This document shows positions 19,312-28,887 of a stretch of DNA of 64,000 nucleotides, in pieces; within the stretch, counting starts at the first letter, position 1, and each line of letters starts with the position of its first letter. The position numbers were made by a program, and so were the translations under genes. Origin of the DNA: Candidatus Binatia bacterium (lineage in GTDB: Bacteria; Desulfobacterota; Binatia; Bin18); the NCBI GenBank assembly GCA_963664395.2, contig OY761159.2, positions 704,001 through 768,000 of the forward strand, in the 5' to 3' direction. The notes under the pieces were generated by a model. That model was given only the letters and a program-made list of their open reading frames with translations. It made no database searches and was not told where the DNA came from.

Positions 19312-19410
19312 CGGCCTGGTCAATAGCGGAGCGGTTGTAGCCGAACGGGTTCACTTATAAGACAATTTCCTGACAAGAACCGCTACGCTCAGGACGATAG
19401 AGGAGGAAGA

Positions 19411-19875
19411 TTGTACATGGAGTCGATAACGCCTGAATTGATCTGGGTGCTTCTGGGTATCTCGCTTATTCTGGCGGAGTTCGTACTGCCGGGGCTCATT
19501 GCCATTTTCTTCGGTCTCGGTGCACTCGCGGTAGGCCTCTTGCTCTGGGCGGGGATGTCGGGAGAGGGAGCACTGCCCTTTGTCGTGTTCTCCAGTGTTT
19601 CTGTTGGTTCGTTGCTGCTGTTACGCGGCCTCTTCAAACCCTGGTTTACAGGTCGGTCCCTGGGCGTACAGGCCACGGGTGAAGACGAGGATTTTGTCGG
19701 CCACAAGGCCGAGGTAGTGTCCGGGTTCAGTGAATTGCGGAGTTCCACCGGCAGAGTCATCTATCGTGGCACTCAGTGGGATGCCCGCGCTGCGGTTGAT
19801 TGTGTGTTGGAAACCGGCGCTCAGGTAGAGATCGTCGGCCGCAGAGGTCCAGTGTTGATAATAGATAAGGAGTAG
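19411..19875 (+). CDS. NfeD family membrane protein
   Basis: Hydrophobic N-terminus and OB-fold tail GRV.YRGTQWDA. Adjacent to an SPFH gene. Confidence 0.85.
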   Translation: MYMESITPELIWVLLGISLILAEFVLPGLIAIFFGLGALAVGLLLWAGMSGEGALPFVVFSSVSVGSLLLLRGLFKPWFTGRSLGVQATGEDEDFVGHKAEVVSGFSELRSSTGRVIYRGTQWDARAAVDCVLETGAQVEIVGRRGPVLIIDKE

Positions 19876-19879
19876 AAAC

Positions 19880-20818
19880 ATGGACATATCTCTCATTCTC
19901 TCCTTGGGATTGGCAATATTAGTCGTTGTCGCAATCGCCAAGACTGCTCGGATCGTACCCCAGAGAGAACAATTTGTGATTGAGCGGCTTGGCAAATATT
20001 CCCGTACCCTGGATGCCGGCTTCCACATACTCATCCCGTTTATGGACAGGGTGGCATATCGCCACTCTCTGAAGGAACAGGCAGTGGACGTAGCGTCCCA
20101 GACTTGTATTACCCAGGACAATATTTCGGTATCTATCGACGGCATCCTCTACATGCAGGTCGTGGACGCTCGTGCCGCCAGCTACGGCATTGAAAATTAC
20201 GCTTTTGCCGCGTCCCAGTTGGCCCAGACAACGCTGCGTTCCGAAATCGGTAGGATCGAACTGGACCGAACTTTCAAGGAACGCGAATCCATCAACACCC
20301 AGGTGGTGGACGGGGTTGACCGGGCATCTCAGCCCTGGGGTGTGAAAGTCCTTCGGTACGAGATTAAGGACATAGTCCCCCCGGCCTCCGTCAAGGACGC
20401 TCTGGAGAAACAGATGCGGGCAGAACGGGAGCGACGAGCCGTTGTGGCCGAGTCCGAAGGCCAGCGCCAGGCCAAGATCAACGTGTCCGAAGGCGAAATG
20501 CAGGAGGTTATCAACCTGTCGGAAGCGGAGAAACAGAAGCAGATCAACGAGGCAGAAGGTAAGGCCCAGGAGATCACTCTGATTGCTCAAGCTACGGCGA
20601 ACGGCTTACGGAGTATCGCTGGAGCTATCGATCAGCCTGGCGGTATTGACGCGGTGAACCTGCGTGTTGCCGAGCAGTATGTCAAAGAATTCGGTGCACT
20701 AGCTCGGACCAACAATACCCTGATCCTGCCGTCCAACCTCGGGGACATCGGCTCCCTGGTGGGCACGATCATGAAAACCGTTGAAAGCATCAAGACGGGC
20801 ACTGAAGGTCAGGGCTGA
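19880..20818 (+). CDS. SPFH/stomatin-like (paraslipin, QmcA-like) protein
   Basis: VIERLGKY, ITQDNISVSIDG, LAQTTLRSEIG, WGVKVLRYEIKDI and QMRAERERRA motifs. Confidence 0.92.
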   Translation: MDISLILSLGLAILVVVAIAKTARIVPQREQFVIERLGKYSRTLDAGFHILIPFMDRVAYRHSLKEQAVDVASQTCITQDNISVSIDGILYMQVVDARAASYGIENYAFAASQLAQTTLRSEIGRIELDRTFKERESINTQVVDGVDRASQPWGVKVLRYEIKDIVPPASVKDALEKQMRAERERRAVVAESEGQRQAKINVSEGEMQEVINLSEAEKQKQINEAEGKAQEITLIAQATANGLRSIAGAIDQPGGIDAVNLRVAEQYVKEFGALARTNNTLILPSNLGDIGSLVGTIMKTVESIKTGTEGQG

Positions 20819-20923
20819 CATACGACGGCAGACCGGTCAGCCATCCGGATCGTATTTTCTGAATAGCAATACAGAGTGGAGCTCAACTGGATTGATGACT
20901 CTATAGACGGAAAGGAGCAATAC

Positions 20924-21100
20924 ATGGGCACTCTGGTCATCGCCGGTGTGCAGTGGGGCGACGAAGGTAAGGGCAAGATTGTCGATCTGCTAGCGCGCGA
21001 GGCCGACGTCATCGTCCGCTTCCAGGGCAGTATTAATGCCGACCACACCCCGGTCGTCGGCAAAAAGACGATCAAGAGGAGCTGCCATGCCATCCGTTGA
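20924..21100 (+). pseudogene. purA: 5' fragment of adenylosuccinate synthetase
   Basis: [16 protein letters not shown]...[11 protein letters not shown] (canonical RFQGGNNAGHT) after an AAAGGAG RBS. Ends after 58 codons. Confidence 0.85.
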
Positions 21101-21887
21101 AAGAGAACGTGGGGTCTCGGTTCATTACGACGATTACGGGCAGGGTTTGCCTCTGGTTTTTCTGCACGGCTATTCGTGCAACGCCTGGATATGGGCCTAC
21201 CAAGTGCCGCTCTTGGCCCACAAATATCGCTGCATTGTTATTGAAGCCCGGGGCCACGGACGTTCGAGCAAACCGCTGAGCGGGTACTCCATTCAAGCGA
21301 TGGCAGCAGACGATGCCGCGGTGCTGGCCTCTTTGGGAATTGACCGCGCGATTCTGGTTGGCAATTCCATGGGCGGCATGCGGGCCATGCAGATGTGCTT
21401 GGACAACCCCGACCTCGTGGCCGGCAATCTGATTATCAGCAGCGCCACAAATCTGACCCGCTTTGTGGACTCAATCGATCTGCTGAGAGACTTGCGGACC
21501 AAATACGAGGAGATGACCGACGAATTTGTGCGGCGGTGTTTTTCGCAGCGGACGCGACGCGAGCGGCCCGAGATCTGTAGCCTGCTCAAAAACAACCTGC
21601 TCGATAGCGTCGCCTTTCCGCGGCGGGTGGCCTGCGCCCTGGTCGAACACCCGGACGGCGTCTGGAATTGGGATATTACGCCCAGGCTCACGGAGATTAG
21701 CCAGCCCACGCTGATCGTGGTTGGCGAAGAGGATGAAGCCACGCCGGTTGAAGCCAACCGGATTCTGGCCGAACACATGCCCAACGCGGACTTACAGATC
21801 GTCACAGACGTTGCCCATATGTACCAGATCGAGCAGCCGCTGGCGTTCAACCAGGCGCTGGAGAACTTTGTTGCTCGGCTCGGATGA
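21087..21887 (+). CDS. Alpha/beta hydrolase
   Basis: FLHGY, RGHGRS, GNSMGG nucleophile elbow, GEED and AH motifs. Confidence 0.9.
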   Translation: MPSVERERGVSVHYDDYGQGLPLVFLHGYSCNAWIWAYQVPLLAHKYRCIVIEARGHGRSSKPLSGYSIQAMAADDAAVLASLGIDRAILVGNSMGGMRAMQMCLDNPDLVAGNLIISSATNLTRFVDSIDLLRDLRTKYEEMTDEFVRRCFSQRTRRERPEICSLLKNNLLDSVAFPRRVACALVEHPDGVWNWDITPRLTEISQPTLIVVGEEDEATPVEANRILAEHMPNADLQIVTDVAHMYQIEQPLAFNQALENFVARLG

Positions 21888-21902
21888 TGGAGGACCGCAC
21901 GC

Positions 21903-22319
21903 ATGCCGACCACGGAACAGGACACACACCAGATCAGGGCCGTTCTTGAGCGCTATTCCAAAAGCTGGGAGGCCATGGACTGGGAAGGGCTCAAGAGCAT
22001 CTGGGACCCGAACTATGAACACATCCTCTATATTCCCGAGGAACGCGCGGAGCCGCTCCAAGGCTGGGCCGAGGTTGAGGCATATTTTCGCCATGCCGCA
22101 CAGTCGGTCATCCGCGTTGGGGCCATGCAACTGAGCGACATCAGCATCGACGTGTTTGGCGATACGGCCTACGCTTTTTGCAATTTCCATTTTGAGGCCG
22201 ATCTCAGGCGGCTGGCCGAGCCCTTTGTGACCGGTGGACGCGACACCTTTATCCTGCGGCGTACAGACGCGGCCTGGAAAGTCATCCACTACCACGAGTC
22301 ACGGCCCCACCTCTCTTAG
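21903..22319 (+). CDS. NTF2/SnoaL-like protein
   Basis: GW..V..YF, GDTAYA and R.T.ILRR....WKVIHYHES motifs. Confidence 0.85.
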   Translation: MPTTEQDTHQIRAVLERYSKSWEAMDWEGLKSIWDPNYEHILYIPEERAEPLQGWAEVEAYFRHAAQSVIRVGAMQLSDISIDVFGDTAYAFCNFHFEADLRRLAEPFVTGGRDTFILRRTDAAWKVIHYHESRPHLS

Positions 22320-22361
22320 TGTTTGCGTAAAATTCGAGACAGCGCAAATAAGGAGGGATTC

Positions 22362-23405
22362 ATGCGCTTTGGGTTTTTCGATCAATTACCGTGCGCTCCC
22401 ACACAGTCAGAGCGTCAGCGTTACCACGATATTCTGGCCCAGATTCGCCTGGGCGATACGGTCGGCTTCGATACCGTCTGGCTGGGCGAACTGCACTTTG
22501 GGCCGAGCACCTCGATTATGGCCTCACCGCTGATGGTGCTGGCAACCGCGGCGCAGCATACCGAGCGCATCCGGCTTGGCACCGCCGTCACGCTCCTGCC
22601 GCTGCACAGCCCAATGAAAATTGCAGAAGAAGCAGCCACCGCCGATATTCTGAGCGGCGGGCGGCTGGAGTTTGGCGTCGGACGCGGCTCCGCGCCGGTT
22701 CATTACCAGGGCTATAACGTGCCCATGGAAGAGAGTCGGGAGCGCTTTGCGGAAGCGCTCGATGTTATTCGCACCGCCTGGACGACTGACCGGCTGTCCT
22801 ATCAGGGAAAGTATTTCCAGGCCGAGGACCTTCCGGTCGTACCGCGCCCCATTCAGAAACCCTATCCGCCGATGCGCATGGCGGCCAACAGCCCGGATAC
22901 TTTTGCCCTGGCAGGTCAGCTCGGCCTGTCCATCTTTGCCTCGCCGCTGATTAACCCGCCCGACAAACTACAGGGCTATATTGCGGACTACCAAGAAAAT
23001 ATGAAACCCGGCGTCCGGCCCGATGTCGCGCTGATGTTTCCCGTCCACGTTGCCGACAGCCGCGCCCAGGCCCGGGCGGAATACGAGCCGAGCCTGATGA
23101 ATTTTTTTCGAGCAGCGGGAGAACGGCTCCGTCCGCTCGGCAATACCACCATCAAAAGCTACGAAGCCTTCAAGCAGGTGGTGGAACGATTAGAGCGGGT
23201 CAATTACGAGGGGCTGGACCAAGAGATGGGCGCGTTCGGTGACCCCGCTCACTGCATTGAGCGCATTCAGCACTTCAAGCAAGAATTTCCCATGGCCGAA
23301 TTTATTGGTTATTTCAACCAGGGCGGGCTGGTCGATCACGCCATTGTCAAGCGCTCCATGGAGCGCTTTGCCAAGGAAGTCATCCCGCACTGTCGGAATG
23401 AGTAA
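22362..23405 (+). CDS. LLM class flavin-dependent oxidoreductase
   Basis: GELHF, IRLGTAV, LSGGRLEFGVGRG and PRPIQKPYPP motifs. Confidence 0.9.
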   Translation: MRFGFFDQLPCAPTQSERQRYHDILAQIRLGDTVGFDTVWLGELHFGPSTSIMASPLMVLATAAQHTERIRLGTAVTLLPLHSPMKIAEEAATADILSGGRLEFGVGRGSAPVHYQGYNVPMEESRERFAEALDVIRTAWTTDRLSYQGKYFQAEDLPVVPRPIQKPYPPMRMAANSPDTFALAGQLGLSIFASPLINPPDKLQGYIADYQENMKPGVRPDVALMFPVHVADSRAQARAEYEPSLMNFFRAAGERLRPLGNTTIKSYEAFKQVVERLERVNYEGLDQEMGAFGDPAHCIERIQHFKQEFPMAEFIGYFNQGGLVDHAIVKRSMERFAKEVIPHCRNE

Positions 23406-23502
23406 ACGTGCTACCATCTGCATGTCTGTTGGAGGGCCGTTTACTCATTGTAGGACCCATTCAGTCTGGCTCGACAGTTTTTTCATTGATAAAAGGAAAC
23501 GT

Positions 23503-23784
23503 ATGAGTCAAATAGTGCAGATCGACTTCACCGCACAAATCTGGAAGGAAGGCGATCAATTTATCGCCCATGCCATGCCGCTTGATGTCATGAGCGCAGG
23601 CCAGACCCCGGATGCAGCCAGACAGGCATTAGACGAGGCAGTCTCCCTCTTTTTAGCAACAGCGACCGATATGGGCACCCTGGAGGAAGTCCTGCTGGAA
23701 ACCGGCTACGAACTGAGACAAGGGTCTTGGGTGAGCCCGCCCTGGATCGCACTGGAGAGGCACTCCGCAGCAATTGGTATTTGA
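23503..23784 (+). CDS. HicB-like antitoxin (no cognate HicA seen)
   Basis: IWKEGDQFIAH...DVMSAGQT..AARQALDEAVSLFL. AAAAGGA RBS. Confidence 0.7.
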   Translation: MSQIVQIDFTAQIWKEGDQFIAHAMPLDVMSAGQTPDAARQALDEAVSLFLATATDMGTLEEVLLETGYELRQGSWVSPPWIALERHSAAIGI

Positions 23785-23895
23785 GGAAGAAGCAATTCTC
23801 AGTCGCTATTTTGCTGCACTACGGTGTAATTTGCTCTGGCTGCGCAACCAATATCCCGGAAGTCCAAAGCGCTCTCGGACTGTCCATTCAGTATC

Positions 23896-25149
23896 GTGAG
23901 GAGGTGGAGCGTGTCCTTCCAATTACACTACAGCATAGACGGCGAAGAGATTACCGTTGTTGCCATTGGGCTGTTTGTCGCCCCGAACAAGATGCTGCTC
24001 GAATTGATGCGACTCGGCGTGCGCGTCATCCTGGTCGAGCCCATTATGGGAGCACATCATGGCCGCGGTCTGCCCGACCGGGAGCGTGGCCCCCTGAATC
24101 GAGCCGGTGTCAGTATTCCCTGGCAGATGCTGCATCGCGGCATGCAGGCGGTGGCCATCGACTTTCGCCAGGAGGCGGGCAGACGACTCGTGCTCGACCT
24201 CATTCGGGAAACCCACGTGCTGGTCAGCAACTGGCCGCCGCGCATGGCGCCCTGGCTCGAATACGCCCATCTGGTCGAGCACTGCGGCCCGTCCGTCATT
24301 AAAATCCAGTTCGACGGCAGGCACGACGGGCGGGCGGCCAACGATTACTCCATGCAGGGGGCGACAGGCTTGGCCCACGCCACCGGCGAGCCGCACGGCA
24401 GACCGCTCACCATTCCGGTGGCGTTCTTTGATATGCTCACCGGGCTGCACGGCCTGAACGCCTTCCACGTCGCCCTGCGTCGCTTGGCGGAAACCGGACG
24501 GGGCGATTGCTATCAAATCTCTCTGGAACAGGTTGCGTTCCAAACCCTGGCGGAGTTGGGCTGGTATGCCCAGGCTGAGACAACCGGCGAGGGTCGGGAA
24601 CCCATTGGAGACAACCTGTTGGACGCCGTCCATGGTCATTACTGCGCTCGGGACGGCAAGTTCGTCACCCTGAATCTGATTGGCGATTCGGTCCTGCGTC
24701 GGCTGCGCGAAGCCACGGGACTGCACCGCCTCGCCCTCGACGAGCAGGGCCACGAGATTCACGGCGACCACGCCCGCTATGAGCAGGTCGATACGATTAA
24801 ACAACAAATTGCCGACTGGATTGCGGCCCGCCCGCAGGAAGAAGTACTCACGACCCTGCGCCAGGCCGGGCTGGTGGTCGAGCCGTGTCGGGACAGTATC
24901 GAAGCGGAACAGTACGCCCGGGGGCTGCCCTGTTTCCATCACTTTGACGACCCCGATCTCGGCTCTATCTGGGTGCCCGGCCCGGTGATCGAAGCCCGCG
25001 ACCTGGAACCCGTCGACCTGCCCAGCGCCCCCCATCCCGGTGAGCACACCCACCTCGTCCTCAAGGAAGTCCTGGGACTGGCTTCAGAGGACATAGCGGA
25101 CTTGGAAAACCAGAAGATTATTGCCGGTCCACCACCGGAGAATTCCTGA
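23896..25149 (+). CDS. CoA-transferase family III (CaiB/BaiF), divergent; start uncertain
   Basis: LGVRVILVEP, DY.MQG.TGL, D..TG, Y.ARDGK and AP..GEHT..VL..VLG motifs. Confidence 0.8.
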   Translation: MRRWSVSFQLHYSIDGEEITVVAIGLFVAPNKMLLELMRLGVRVILVEPIMGAHHGRGLPDRERGPLNRAGVSIPWQMLHRGMQAVAIDFRQEAGRRLVLDLIRETHVLVSNWPPRMAPWLEYAHLVEHCGPSVIKIQFDGRHDGRAANDYSMQGATGLAHATGEPHGRPLTIPVAFFDMLTGLHGLNAFHVALRRLAETGRGDCYQISLEQVAFQTLAELGWYAQAETTGEGREPIGDNLLDAVHGHYCARDGKFVTLNLIGDSVLRRLREATGLHRLALDEQGHEIHGDHARYEQVDTIKQQIADWIAARPQEEVLTTLRQAGLVVEPCRDSIEAEQYARGLPCFHHFDDPDLGSIWVPGPVIEARDLEPVDLPSAPHPGEHTHLVLKEVLGLASEDIADLENQKIIAGPPPENS

Positions 25150-25237
25150 CCTAGGGCCGCGCGTGACTGCGCGTCGTCAATTGTGATCGCGGATTCTCCC
25201 CTCCTTGGAGGGGAGCCCTTCCGACACAGTTCCGTTT

Positions 25238-26340
25238 TCAATCAGCCTCATCCAGCCTCATCATCCGGCCATGGAACGATGCCAAACGGCAGGCGGGTGC
25301 GGCGCAGGGATAGACTCCGTTTGATTTGTCGGACGCGGCGGTTGATCGATGAGAAAAGCGCAGCCGTCTGAGCCCAAGAGAATATGATTCCGGCCCATAC
25401 GCCAGAATACTCTTTGCGTCGAGCAGCTTTTCAAAGGCAGTCAGCCAGCTTTCATAATACGTTGGTCGCGTCTCAGGTGCCTGCCGGTCCGCACTGGCAA
25501 TCTCGGCTATCAATCGCTCTTGAAACTCGGACCATTCATAGAGATGCTGTTCACATAAGGCGACCGCCATGGCAAAGGCTTCCCCTTCCCACGGGTCTTG
25601 GAACTGAAGCTCTCCACTTTTTCGAGGCAGAGCAGCATTACCGTGCATGTCAGATACCTGTCGCTGGGCACGTCGCTGAGAAAAACCGGGCGGCTGTTTT
25701 TTCCCAGGCTCGACCTGGGCCACCCCGATCATTGCATCCCGCGTGACTATGGCCATGAGCTCATCCTGTGTCATCTGCTCCGTACCGAATGGGCGCTCCG
25801 GCAGGACCATATAGCGAGTCTTGAAGTTACTGTTCCAGACCTGAATCCGGATGTCTTCGGCGAGTTCAAGCCCAAATTCCTGGAGCACCTCACGAGGCCG
25901 GCCGGTGACTCTGGAGCGATACGACTGGCTCTTATACCAGAATGGCGGCAGGCCCAGGACCGGCCAGGGTAACACGAGCATAAGGCACAAACGATCACAT
26001 TGTGCGTCTCCGGCGTATTCTCCACCACGGCCAGATGCTCGCCCTGCAAGCCGCCAAAGCCCAGCTCGGCGATGGCGGCGGTGCCATTCTCCAGCAGACG
26101 GGCCTTATAGGCGGGGTCCGTCCAGGCCCGAGCGACAACTCGACAGCCGTTCAATGGACCAATATCGTTTTCGTACGAGTCCAGAACGGTATCGAGCAAT
26201 TCATCGGAAACAAGATTTTTCTCAACAAGTAATGCCTCGATGGCTTTGACCTGAATCTCTCGTTCCCGGTTCTCGGCCACGGTCAGGAGACGTTGTTGAA
26301 ACGTCTCGGCAGGGTCGTGGACGTCGTCGTGGTCGCTCAT
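25238..26340 (-). pseudogene. nthA: Nitrile hydratase alpha subunit fused to an NHase accessory (P14K/NhlE-like) domain; 1-nt frameshift at ~25967-25969
   Basis: 25771..26340 gives VVARAWTDP...[11 protein letters not shown]. 25238..25990 continues [13 protein letters not shown]...RDAMIG, then LPRKSGELQFQDPWE...YYESWL..FEKLL without a stop. Confidence 0.85.
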
Positions 26341-26407
26341 CTTGCACGTCCTCCTTGTATGGGACCGGCGCTTCTCCTACGGGCATCCTACAACCGTTCT
26401 GCGCACA

Positions 26408-26441
26408 GCAAAAAGGGTGGCCTCACGACCACCCTTTTTGC
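26408..26441. terminator. Intrinsic terminator downstream of the LLM gene
   Basis: GCAAAAAGGGTGG-N8-CCACCCTTTTTGC, with a T tract after the stem on both strands. Confidence 0.75.
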
Positions 26442-26491
26442 CTGCAAACAAGAACTGCGACCAGCACTGCGATTTGCTACCTAGCTGCTAT

Positions 26492-27826
26492 CTAGCCGGC
26501 CATGCCCAACGCGGCCAGTGGTTCGCGGTCCACGACCGGGTCGCGCGTCACCCCGTTGCGATAGGCCACCGAGCCTGGGGTGCGTTCAAACGGATCAACC
26601 AGATCAATCTCTTTGGCATATTCCCGCAGTTGCGGGGTCAACTCCTGGGCAATCAGACGCATGCTCGTTTTGCGGTCCTCGTCACCGACCGGTCCCTGGA
26701 TATTGAAGAAGACAAAAATGCTCGGACGCAGCACCCGCAGCAGAGTCTTGGCCTTAGGCAAGACCGACTCCGGGGTGCCGATGAGGAGTTGGAGATTCTT
26801 CTGCGCCTTGCCGTAGCCCTTGAGCAGTTTCTGGCGGACGGTATCAAAGTCGGTGGTGTCGGGCCGATCATCGTCCGACTGAGCCCGCAATTTCTCGGGG
26901 CTGACGCCCAGCCAACTCCCACCCGGATGTTTGGCCAGCATGCGGATCGCGCCCTTGGAATTATAGCCCGGCGGCAGGGTATGCTCGGGACGTGAGAAGG
27001 CGTTCTGGCCGCCGCCGAACACGAAATTCTTGCCGATTTCCTGGGCCTTCTCTTCCGTCTCGGCCAGAAAGGTCGGGATCAGATAGCCAAAGTTTTCCGG
27101 ACCGGCCTGATAGCCGTGCTTGGCAGCTTCATCGGCGTATAAATCCCACAGGTCACAGGTCGGTCCCAAGGCCGTGCCCAGACCCAGATAGGGGTAGCGG
27201 TGTTCCGCACACCAGCGGACCGTCTCCGGACTCAACACACCGGGAATCCACATGGGCGGATGCGGCTTCTGGTAGGGCAACGCCCAGGGGTTCACATGCC
27301 GATAGTGAAAATGCTTGCCCTCGTAACGCCACGGGCCGGGCCGGGTCCAGGCCTGCACGATAAAGTCGTGGGCCTCGTTGAACATCTCCCGATTATAGGC
27401 CGGGTTGGCATTATTAAAGAACTGCTCGCTACCCGCCCCGCGCACCCAGCCGGTGACCAGGCGACCACGCGAGATCAGATCAATCTCGGCCAGCTCTTCG
27501 GCCATGCGGAGCGGATGTTTTAACGTCGGCAACGGATTGCCAATCAGGACAATGCGGACTTTATTGGTAATGCGGGCTAAAATTGAGGCCTCAACATTCA
27601 TGACGCTGCCCATGCAAAAGGGGTTGCCATGATGCTCGTTGAGCGCGACGGCATCAAAACCGAGTTCTTCGGCATAGCAGTATTCGTCAAGATAATAATT
27701 GTAGTCGTTGGCCGCCTGCTCGCGGTCAAACAGGGCGTTGGAAACGGCGAAGTAGCCTTTGTTCTTGAGGATTTCGTCTTCGTTGAGGCCGCGATAGGGC
27801 CGTTCGGTGAAATATGAAATCTGCAT
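26492..27826 (-). CDS. LLM class flavin-dependent oxidoreductase
   Basis: AEELGFD...NEHH, ISRGRLVTGWVRG and PYQKPHPPMW motifs. Confidence 0.9.
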   Translation of the reverse strand: MQISYFTERPYRGLNEDEILKNKGYFAVSNALFDREQAANDYNYYLDEYCYAEELGFDAVALNEHHGNPFCMGSVMNVEASILARITNKVRIVLIGNPLPTLKHPLRMAEELAEIDLISRGRLVTGWVRGAGSEQFFNNANPAYNREMFNEAHDFIVQAWTRPGPWRYEGKHFHYRHVNPWALPYQKPHPPMWIPGVLSPETVRWCAEHRYPYLGLGTALGPTCDLWDLYADEAAKHGYQAGPENFGYLIPTFLAETEEKAQEIGKNFVFGGGQNAFSRPEHTLPPGYNSKGAIRMLAKHPGGSWLGVSPEKLRAQSDDDRPDTTDFDTVRQKLLKGYGKAQKNLQLLIGTPESVLPKAKTLLRVLRPSIFVFFNIQGPVGDEDRKTSMRLIAQELTPQLREYAKEIDLVDPFERTPGSVAYRNGVTRDPVVDREPLAALGMAG

Positions 27827-27863
27827 GGGGAACTTCTCCTTCGTACGAAAACGTCACACGCGA

Positions 27864-28649
27864 TTACGACGCCAGAAAGTCTTGCACGATTTTGACAAAT
27901 TCGGCTGAGTTTTCAATTTCCGGACGATGGCCGACATTGGCGATTTCCACCGCCGTAGCCCCGTCAATCGCCTTGGTGTAGGCGTCGATACAGCCCTGCG
28001 GCACGACTTGATCCTCGGACCCGCGTACCAGCAAAGTTGGTATGTTTTTGGCGCCACGCAGCAGATACGGCAGGCTGGGGTTATGCATATAGGGTTCCCA
28101 GCCGATACGCGCACTTTCCGCGCGGGCATCTTCAAATGCCTCGAATTGCTCCGGCGTCATCTCGCCGCCATAAATTTTTCCGAACTCCGCGGTGTCCGGG
28201 TCCGCCACTGTTCTCCGCAAATGGGTCCGAATCGTCACCGGGAAGATGTCCATAATCTCCCCTGCTTCGGGTTTGAGCCCCATCGGACCCACAAGAATCA
28301 GATGGTTGAATATATGGGGGTCCGCGGCAACCATTTCCGCGGCAGTATATCCTCCGGCTGAAAAGGCGATCACGTCAACCGGGGCCAGTCCCATTTCCCT
28401 GACCACCATATTATAAAACCCACCCAGATCACGGAAATTCCGAATCCACTCCAAGCACGGGGTTTTTCCAAAACCAGGCTGGAGCGGAATCACAAAAGCA
28501 TGCTCCGCCGCAAGTTCGTCATTCCATTTCACCCACCCAGGGAATCCCAGCTCATCATGCAGCATTAACAGGGGTTTACCTGATCCTCCCTTAATGAGCG
28601 TTAATTCAGCTTCGGCTACATGAGCCTTTTGTTCAGTCCAGTTTGCCAA
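27864..28649 (-). CDS. Alpha/beta fold hydrolase paired with the LLM gene
   Basis: LLMLH, PGFG, FSAGG, G.ED and GH.P..E motifs. TTG start after AAGGAGG. Confidence 0.85.
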   Translation of the reverse strand: MANWTEQKAHVAEAELTLIKGGSGKPLLMLHDELGFPGWVKWNDELAAEHAFVIPLQPGFGKTPCLEWIRNFRDLGGFYNMVVREMGLAPVDVIAFSAGGYTAAEMVAADPHIFNHLILVGPMGLKPEAGEIMDIFPVTIRTHLRRTVADPDTAEFGKIYGGEMTPEQFEAFEDARAESARIGWEPYMHNPSLPYLLRGAKNIPTLLVRGSEDQVVPQGCIDAYTKAIDGATAVEIANVGHRPEIENSAEFVKIVQDFLAS

Positions 28650-28773
28650 GGGTCTTTCCTCCTTACTCAGCGTTTTCGCGCGCGGGCGCCTCCACCCTCC
28701 TACTCCCCCTCATGAGCCGATTACTTTAATCAGCCCGACCCAAATTGTCCACACTTCCTTGAGAAAGAACAAT

Positions 28774-28800
28774 CAAGTCTCGCAAGTCTCGCAAGTCTCA
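28774..28800. repeat. 9-bp tandem repeat (CAAGTCTCG)x3 in a divergent promoter region
   Basis: caagtctcg caagtctcg caagtctca read directly. Confidence 0.8.
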
Positions 28801-28887
28801 GACTGGAGCCGGAACTGAGCTTTCTCTTGATCCTTTCCTGCTTCAAGGGATAGGAATACTCTTGTCCAAGAGCAAGAGAAGGAGGGT

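Noticed and set aside
19411-21100. hflKC-purA-like conserved synteny
   Set aside because: The SPFH gene is the NfeD-paired paraslipin type rather than HflK/HflC, so the adjacency is probably coincidental.
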